From positions 7,715 through 71,714 of the forward strand of contig CAILIB010000029.1 of the NCBI GenBank assembly GCA_903834195.1: a stretch of 64,000 nt of DNA. The letters run 5' to 3'. Of this stretch, positions 57,918-64,000 are shown one piece after another. Under the pieces are notes generated by a model, which saw nothing but the letters and a program-made list of their open reading frames with translations, made no database searches and had not been told where the DNA came from. The stretch comes from an uncultured Candidatus Berkelbacteria bacterium. GTDB taxonomy: Bacteria; Patescibacteriota; UBA1384; CAILIB01. The translations under genes were made by a program, and so were the position numbers. Each line of letters begins with the position of its first letter. Position 1 is the first letter of the stretch.

Positions 57918-58244
57918 TTACTTGGAAAAGAGTTCTCCTAAAACCTGGAGAACTCTTTTTTGTGTCTCCGTATGCACTTCACCCAGCTTTTTGACAAGTC
58001 GAACTGAATCAACAGTGCGGATCTGATCAAGAACTATTTGACCTTCCTTTCCCTGAAATTCGCAAGAAACCCGAGTCGGATACTGTCTTCCTCTAGTTAT
58101 CATTGGCGCCACGATAACCGTTCGAATTGTGTGATTCATTTCATCAGGTGATATCACCAAACAAGGGCGAGTCTTCTGTATTTCATGCCCAATAGTTGGG
58201 TCGAGGTTCACCAGCCAAAACTCAAACCTACTTACCACTGCCAC
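57918..58244 (-). CDS. mazF: Type II TA toxin, PemK/MazF endoribonuclease
   Basis: WLVNLDPTIGHEIQKTRPCLVIS, DQIRTVD..RL. Confidence 0.95.
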   Translation of the reverse strand: MAVVSRFEFWLVNLDPTIGHEIQKTRPCLVISPDEMNHTIRTVIVAPMITRGRQYPTRVSCEFQGKEGQIVLDQIRTVDSVRLVKKLGEVHTETQKRVLQVLGELFSK

Positions 58245-58477
58245 TCCTGATCATCCCACTCTGTAGATACTGCCTCGAGCAATGTATCATCACCCTTTAC
58301 GGCCATGTGTTTAAACTTTTCAGTCCAACCTACTCTGGCTTCCTCAACAGGACTTAGAACGAGACTGTTTTTCTCCACCGAAAGCTCTAACTCATCACTG
58401 AAACCAACCTGTTCAAGTACGGTTTTAGGTATGCGGATACCGCGCGAATTACCAATTGTGATAATGGGAATCTTCAT
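58232..58477 (-). CDS. mazE: AbrB/MazE family antitoxin
   Basis: IGNSRGIRIPK, acidic WDDQEW tail; overlaps mazF. Confidence 0.93.
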   Translation of the reverse strand: MKIPIITIGNSRGIRIPKTVLEQVGFSDELELSVEKNSLVLSPVEEARVGWTEKFKHMAVKGDDTLLEAVSTEWDDQEWQW

Positions 58478-58649
58478 ACAAGTGATATTAAAATGTAGTC
58501 ACATTGTAATTACGTATTTCAAATTTGTCAACCTACTTGGCCTACCGAAAATACCAATCAGATTTACGTGATGGTTATCACGGAACACCACTTCCATTAC
58601 CGATATAGTGAACTCGAAATACATCTTTAGAGTATCCCAAGGGTTTCAC

Positions 58650-59603
58650 ATGAAAAGAATACTACCCCAATTTGCTGCGATCATAGGCATTACCGCGCTA
58701 ATGCTCAGTCTTTTTCAGTTTAATTTAGCCAAGGCAGCCCTAACTGTACCGCTTGGCACTGCAGAAAGTTTCGCAATTTTGGGCGGATCTACCGTAACCA
58801 ATACTGGTTCAAACGTTATCACTGGCGATCTTGGGCTAAGCCCTGGAACTTCGGTTACCGGGTTTCCACCAGGTTTGATTAACGGCACACAGTACATCAC
58901 AGACGCAGTTGCTGCTCAGGCACAGGCTGATTTAACCATTGCATACGACAATGCAGCCGGGCAAACACCGGTCACACAAGTTTCAACTGAGCTAGGAACT
59001 ACTATTAAACAGGCAGGTATCTACGACAGTGCCGATGGTACATTCGGAATCACAGGAACCCTTACCCTGGATGCTCAAAATGACCCTGCAGCGGTTTTTA
59101 TCTTCAAAACCGCCTCATCACTTATTACCGCATCTTCAAGCAGTGTACACCTTATTAACGGCGCTCAAGCCTGTCACGTTTTCTGGCAAGTTGGGAGCTC
59201 AGCTACACTTGGTACAGACTCAATATTTAAGGGAAATATCCTTGCCCTTAGTGCAATAACACTTACGCACGGAGCAAATGTTGAAGGCCGTGTTTTAGCC
59301 CGTACCGCAGCAGTAACTCTAGATAATAATGCAGTAACGGTTCCTACATGTTCACCAAGCACACCCACTCCAACTCCAGACCCCACACCAACCCCAACAG
59401 CTATAATCACCCTCACCAGTAGCCCTACCCCAACTAGTACAGCGTTATCAGCTGGAGCAGTTAGTACCAGTCCACCAAAATTTCCCCATACTGGATTTGC
59501 ACCTGCAGAGAATAAAAGTCCATGGGAAACTGTCGCCTTACTCACTTTTGCTACGCTCTTTGTAAGCTCACTTGCTGTCGTCGTTAGAAAACGAAGTAGT
59601 TAG
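58650..59603 (+). CDS. DUF3494 ice-binding-like protein with sortase sorting signal
   Basis: Signal peptide, [41 protein letters not shown] linker, FPHTG, TM, RKRSS. Confidence 0.9.
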   Translation: MKRILPQFAAIIGITALMLSLFQFNLAKAALTVPLGTAESFAILGGSTVTNTGSNVITGDLGLSPGTSVTGFPPGLINGTQYITDAVAAQAQADLTIAYDNAAGQTPVTQVSTELGTTIKQAGIYDSADGTFGITGTLTLDAQNDPAAVFIFKTASSLITASSSSVHLINGAQACHVFWQVGSSATLGTDSIFKGNILALSAITLTHGANVEGRVLARTAAVTLDNNAVTVPTCSPSTPTPTPDPTPTPTAIITLTSSPTPTSTALSAGAVSTSPPKFPHTGFAPAENKSPWETVALLTFATLFVSSLAVVVRKRSS

Positions 59604-59609
59604 GACTTT

Positions 59610-60245
59610 GTGAAAATACCTCTTGAATGGTGTGTTTTAGGTGTAAGCACATTCGGAATTGCGTTCATTTTGTTCGCACCCTTTTTTACACCCTCAACAC
59701 CCTTCACTCCGCGACCTGTAATTGAACCAGTTTGGTCACCTACCACACAAGTAAAAAGACTCTTTACATCTAAACCGGTTATTATTCCCGCTATTCTCGA
59801 TGCGGCCCCAAATCGATTGCTCATTCAGGTTCTTGGCATAGATGCACCAATTGAACAGGTTGGTCTTACCATGGAAGGAGCAATGGATACACCTCAAAAT
59901 CCAGAAGATGCTGCTTGGTTTAGAGACGGAATCCTCCCTGGCCAGATCGGAACAGCCGCCATCGATGGACACCTCGACTGGATACACGGAGAGCCAGCAC
60001 TTTTTACACATCTCAGCGCACTACACAAAGGGGATTATATCCAGGTTAGAGATGAAAATGGGCATGTCACAACGTTTGTGGTAACGAGTTTGCACACCTA
60101 CAACAAAAGCGAAAGTACTATGGGTGTATTTAGCTCAAATGATGGAATTTCACACCTCAACCTTATTACGTGTGAAGGTACGTGGAATGCAAAATTACAA
60201 ACCTACACCGACAGACTTGTAGTTTTTAGTGACAGAGTACATTAG
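59610..60245 (+). CDS. Class F sortase
   Basis: PGQIGTAAIDGHLD (His), LNLITC (Cys), RLVV (Arg). Confidence 0.9.
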   Translation: MKIPLEWCVLGVSTFGIAFILFAPFFTPSTPFTPRPVIEPVWSPTTQVKRLFTSKPVIIPAILDAAPNRLLIQVLGIDAPIEQVGLTMEGAMDTPQNPEDAAWFRDGILPGQIGTAAIDGHLDWIHGEPALFTHLSALHKGDYIQVRDENGHVTTFVVTSLHTYNKSESTMGVFSSNDGISHLNLITCEGTWNAKLQTYTDRLVVFSDRVH

Positions 60246-60300
60246 TCCAAAAAAGCACAATCTCTTGACAAAATATACATATACGTATAAATATATGTAT

Positions 60301-60810
60301 ATGCCTACCAAAACCATTTACGTCAGCGATCAAGATGCACCAGTTTTTGAGGAAGCCCGCGCGATCGCCGGGGAAACCCTCTCTTCTATTATCGTCCGCT
60401 CTCTGCGCGAGTTTCTCGCCAGACAAGCTCAAAAAGAGAGTGGCCTGAAAGAAATCAAAGTCCGTACTGGCAGTCGAAACTCCGAACAGGAGCAACGATT
60501 TTACGGCACTAAAGTGGGTGACTGGCGCGGCTTTAGCGACGACCAAGAGTGGTGGATGCAGGCAGAAGTCTACCATACCCAAAAGAGTAATTGGGCTGTT
60601 CTTCTTACCCAGGTTTGTAAAGCCAGTCTCCTCACCGACAAAAAAAGGTGGCGCGAGAGTGGCGACTACTTACTCGATGTCCGTCACAGCGAATTACTCG
60701 TTGTAGCTAAACCAGAGGAACTCAATGACAAGGTTCCTTCTGACGTACTACGCGTGGTTAAAGAGCTAGCAGCTCATACTGACCAACCGGCCACGTTTCT
60801 CGATATATAA
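60301..60810 (+). CDS. EXLDI family protein (N-terminal RHH-like)
   Basis: MPTKTIYVSD.D..VF, LSSII...LR, C-terminus FLDI. Confidence 0.8.
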   Translation: MPTKTIYVSDQDAPVFEEARAIAGETLSSIIVRSLREFLARQAQKESGLKEIKVRTGSRNSEQEQRFYGTKVGDWRGFSDDQEWWMQAEVYHTQKSNWAVLLTQVCKASLLTDKKRWRESGDYLLDVRHSELLVVAKPEELNDKVPSDVLRVVKELAAHTDQPATFLDI

Positions 60811-60822
60811 CAAAACCATCCT

Positions 60823-60981
60823 ATGAACCATACCGATCACCTTGATGACCTCGCACGTTTAAGCGCGATTCACGATATTAGCCGTTGGGACAACTGGGGC
60901 TCGCCCGTTGGTCTGATTATTTTCTTCAATGGAATGGCACTGTTTGCGATTCTTGTGCGCTACGCCATTTTGATGAAATAG
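60823..60981 (+). CDS. Small membrane protein (52 aa), below the ORF-track cutoff
   Basis: MNHTDHLDDLARLSAIHDISRWDNWGSPVGLIIFFNGMALFAILVRYAILMK. Confidence 0.55.
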   Translation: MNHTDHLDDLARLSAIHDISRWDNWGSPVGLIIFFNGMALFAILVRYAILMK

Positions 60982-61043
60982 CCTCACGATTTCTCCTCCG
61001 CGCCCTGGTTTACAAAATGCATTAAAGTGTATACACTGTATAC

Positions 61044-61298
61044 ATGCATACAGTTCAGTATACAATTCGAAATATTCCCAAAAGTGTAGACCAAGTAATC
61101 CGAAAAAGAGCTCAAGAAAGCGGCACTTCTTTTAACCAAACAGTGGTTGACCTGCTTACATTACAAACGCTCGGAACCACGACTCCTCAAGAGGAGAGTA
61201 ATTTTAATTGGCTGTTCAATTCGAATACCCTCGATGAGAGCTTCGACAGCGCTTTGCACGACCTCAATCAAGTAGACACCACCCTGTGGCAGGCGTAG
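61044..61298 (+). CDS. Antitoxin, ribbon-helix-helix (FitA/VapB-like)
   Basis: QYTIRNIP..V...IR.RA...G.S.N; overlaps the PIN gene. Confidence 0.82.
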   Translation: MHTVQYTIRNIPKSVDQVIRKRAQESGTSFNQTVVDLLTLQTLGTTTPQEESNFNWLFNSNTLDESFDSALHDLNQVDTTLWQA

Positions 61299-61690
61299 AA
61301 AAAATTCTACTCGATACAAGTGCATATTCGGCGTTCAACCGCGGGGATGCACGGCTTCAACCCTGGTTTAAAAGTAGTTTGGAAATTTGTACGCCACTGA
61401 TTGTTATTGGCGAATTACGCGCAGGCTTTGCAGCAGGTTCTCGTCGAGCTGAAAATGAAGCTCTGTTACGTCGTTTTTTGGATGCGCCAAATGTATCTCA
61501 ACTAACCTTGTCTGCAACAACAACTGAGCACTTTGCAGCACTTTATCTTAAGCTTCGACAAGGCGGTGTGACTGTCAGTACAAATGACCTTTGGATCGCT
61601 GCACTTTCTATTGAACATAACCTTGCAATTCTTTCCCTGGATGAGGATTTTTCACGGATTCCAGGTGTACGTATTGTGAAGTTTTCTTAA
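61286..61690 (+). CDS. vapC: VapC PIN-domain toxin
   Basis: ILLDTSAY, GEL, NDLWIAA, S.D.DF. Confidence 0.93.
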   Translation: MAGVEKILLDTSAYSAFNRGDARLQPWFKSSLEICTPLIVIGELRAGFAAGSRRAENEALLRRFLDAPNVSQLTLSATTTEHFAALYLKLRQGGVTVSTNDLWIAALSIEHNLAILSLDEDFSRIPGVRIVKFS

Positions 61691-61741
61691 TAAATATTGA
61701 ATTTCAAAAACCGCCACACTTCCTTGTGCAGCGGCATATAA

Positions 61742-62464
61742 TCACATCTTCCTCGCTTTGAAATATCCTAACTCAGTCCGCTCGAGATAATCTCCCCAGA
61801 AATCCCTACCCATTGCTCGTATGCCTTCAGCAGAAATATGCGGCTTCACCCAAGTGAACCGAGTAAATCCAACCCTACGACACATATCCTGAACAGTTTC
61901 CGGCCGATAGTATGTTGCAGAATAGGTATCAATGGAACGTCCTTCGTTAAATAATTCAATCTGCAAAGGTGCACCATCACCAGTACCGCACGGCAGTGTT
62001 TTACGTGCGCCAAAGTGTGAATTATCATTTCCCGATGGTAGATCTATTACACCGATCAACGCACCTTTCTCATTCAGAGCTTCGTAAAATCTACCAAGTA
62101 AATATTCCAATTGTTCTACCGTTTCCGGATAGTTCAGAACGAATGGTGCAACAATACAATCAACTGCAGGTAAATCATATGTAAACATGTCGCCAAGCAG
62201 ATATTCACACTCTGCATGATACGAATTTTGAGCTAATTTAATCTGTTCTTCAGAGTCATCTAAGCCGATCACCCGCTGAGCACCTTTTATAGCCAAAGGT
62301 TCGGTGAAGAACCCACTGCCACAACCCACATCAAGTGCACGTTTACCTACGAGGCTTCCTGTCATATGCAGAACCGTTGGCAATATTGAAAACAATTTAT
62401 CTGGTTTTTCATTAGTCTGCTGATACCTGAGCGCCAAACGATTAAAATCATTTTTTCTTTCCAT
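61742..62464 (-). CDS. Class I SAM-dependent methyltransferase
   Basis: ALDVGCGSG, GLDDSEEQI, FVLNY. Confidence 0.88.
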   Translation of the reverse strand: MERKNDFNRLALRYQQTNEKPDKLFSILPTVLHMTGSLVGKRALDVGCGSGFFTEPLAIKGAQRVIGLDDSEEQIKLAQNSYHAECEYLLGDMFTYDLPAVDCIVAPFVLNYPETVEQLEYLLGRFYEALNEKGALIGVIDLPSGNDNSHFGARKTLPCGTGDGAPLQIELFNEGRSIDTYSATYYRPETVQDMCRRVGFTRFTWVKPHISAEGIRAMGRDFWGDYLERTELGYFKARKM

Positions 62465-62578
62465 AATCCCTCTTTTTCAAAGTTCAATTGATATCGGAAT
62501 TTATCATAGTAAAATAGTATTTGTCAATATATAATGGTTAAATAAGATATTTTGTAAAGTTACAATTTACATATTTAT

Positions 62579-63331
62579 ATGGTTTCCAACAAAAATATTA
62601 CTCTCCTTACTTCCCTGGGTCTTACTCCAAGCGAATCCCAACTGTACCTCAAGGCTATTCCGCTTGGGTCGGCAACAATTATTCAGCTCGCTAAGCAGGT
62701 AAACATGACCCGTCAGGGTATCTACCTAATCATTGACCGGATGGTAAGCCTTGGTTTCATGAAAGAAACGCTTTCTGATTCAGGTAAACGACTCTACCAA
62801 GCAGTAAGTCCCGACATTCTCACAGACAAAGCGCAGTCGATTACTTCGCAAATAGATGCCCTTGTACCTGTTCTGAAGACCCAGGAGGCCGCTAATACCT
62901 CGCTCCCGAGCATTTCTGTGTATGAAAATCCTATCGCCATGCGTGAGTGGTACCGCGAGTTTATGAGCAAAGCCAAACCAAACGAAGAACTTCTGGTGTG
63001 GGCAACAAACAAAGCGTGGTACAGTGTTGATCCTGAATTTCTTGCAAGTTTTATTGAATTCAAAAAAAGAACTGGGACAGCTGACCGGATCATTGCACCA
63101 GATACTGCTGAATCCAGGCTTTTCACTCAAGAAAATGTACAGCCAAATGCTGAGTTTCGATTTTCTCCTGACCACTGGCAAACTGACACCGAAAAATGGG
63201 TGTGGCGAGATACGGTTTCCTACCTAACCATTCGAGAGAATGCTACTAACCTGATTGTTATTCGTTCTGCACAGCTTGCGGCACTAGAACGGTTTAGTTT
63301 TGAGAGGATTTGGCTGGGGCTGGAGAAATAA
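62579..63331 (+). CDS. TrmB-like HTH transcriptional regulator
   Basis: LGLTPSESQLYL...G.ATI.QLA....TR..IY. Confidence 0.85.
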   Translation: MVSNKNITLLTSLGLTPSESQLYLKAIPLGSATIIQLAKQVNMTRQGIYLIIDRMVSLGFMKETLSDSGKRLYQAVSPDILTDKAQSITSQIDALVPVLKTQEAANTSLPSISVYENPIAMREWYREFMSKAKPNEELLVWATNKAWYSVDPEFLASFIEFKKRTGTADRIIAPDTAESRLFTQENVQPNAEFRFSPDHWQTDTEKWVWRDTVSYLTIRENATNLIVIRSAQLAALERFSFERIWLGLEK

Positions 63332-63336
63332 AAAGT

Positions 63337-63367
63337 CTCCCCCTGGAACAACTGTAACCAGGGGGAG
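63337..63367 (-). terminator. Terminator between convergent genes
   Basis: CTCCCCCTGG...CCAGGGGGAG with a T-run on the minus strand. Confidence 0.7.
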
Positions 63368-63372
63368 TGGGG

Positions 63373-63696
63373 CTAAATCTCGAAACGTTTGGAACTCGAA
63401 CCTTTTTTCGGATCCGGATCTGGATCTGGGTCGTTAGCAGCAACTGGAGCACCGCCAGTGTCACCTGGTCTATTCTTTAAGACGAGCACCCTCTTATCCT
63501 CAGGAAGAGGAAGGGACGATTTAAACGGCGGAGCTTTTTGAGTAATGCGTAACCAAACGTAAATCGCTACTGAAAACATGAAGAACCCGAATATCGTCCA
63601 ATCCATCGAGTGGGTAGTTATAAGAGTAAATAACCCCCCAAAAGCACAGATCACGATCGCGAGCAAGAACAGTGGCGCTGCAAACTTTCTAATCAT
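63373..63696 (-). CDS. Hypothetical two-TM protein with DP-repeat tail
   Basis: AAAGGAGGG SD before MIRKFAAPLF; DPDPDPDP. Confidence 0.65.
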   Translation of the reverse strand: MIRKFAAPLFLLAIVICAFGGLFTLITTHSMDWTIFGFFMFSVAIYVWLRITQKAPPFKSSLPLPEDKRVLVLKNRPGDTGGAPVAANDPDPDPDPKKGSSSKRFEI

Positions 63697-63829
63697 ATGT
63701 CCCTCCTTTGCAGATTGACCGCATGAACATGCCTGCACTGTATCAAATTTTTCAGGAATAACAACATATTTATTGACACAAATACATTTTCTGAAATACT
63801 CAAAACAGTTCTCTATGGAGGTGAAGGTT

Positions 63830-64000
63830 ATGGGGGCAACGCCCTGGACGTGGGAGGACGTAAAAGCATTTGGTATCGTTATTATCATTTTTGGCGCTAT
63901 TATCGGCGGAGGAATCTTCGGGATTCGCTTTTTTCGAAAGCCACCTGACAATTCAATACCTCAAGTTCAGCGTTTTGTTGCTCCACAACAAGCAGCTGCA
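63830..64000 (+). CDS. Partial CDS, single-TM protein (runs off window end)
   Basis: GGAGGTG SD; MGATPWTWEDVKAFGIVIIIFGAIIGGGIFGIRFFRKPP... Confidence 0.6.
   Translation, partial: MGATPWTWEDVKAFGIVIIIFGAIIGGGIFGIRFFRKPPDNSIPQVQRFVAPQQAAA

Noticed and set aside
63373..63951. 192-aa minus-strand ORF as listed
   Set aside because: The SD-supported start is at 63696; the extension is antisense to the SD-led plus-strand gene starting at 63830

Overview
Bacterial chromosomal segment in genetic code 11. The gene content points to a Patescibacteria/CPR genome (inference): clustered VirB2/TrbC-like pilins beside a solute-binding lipoprotein, TrmB-like regulators, many small orphan membrane proteins, and little core biosynthesis. 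Recognisable genes include tRNA-Arg(GCG), comF, a PMT-type glycosyltransferase, Hsp20, galU, five pilins, GT4 and deacetylases, a Kef-type antiporter, pduO, a sipW/tasA-like pair, GAF-GAF-GGDEF-EAL, MarR-MFS, rarA, an RRM protein, a NoeA-like methyltransferase with a sulfatase-like partner, tag, dut, a complete cyoABCDE operon, GH1, TMEM175, pyrG, a fatty-acid-hydroxylase-family protein, an HD hydrolase, an IS481-like remnant, mazEF and vapBC, and a DUF3494 ice-binding-like protein with a class F sortase. The most striking signals are non-coding: (1) a complete type III hammerhead ribozyme at 29817-29869 between two tiny ORFs in a foreign-looking cassette; (2) a promoter-to-terminator structured RNA at about 27604-27881 carrying two perfect-SD minigenes (MGF*, MSYN*); (3) a second hairpin-dense orphan RNA at about 44958-45268; (4) a dispersed 36-nt repeat core, each copy framed by its own unrelated inverted arms; (5) pervasive leaderless gene architecture. 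All calls come from reading the sequence by eye; no searches or folding programs were run.
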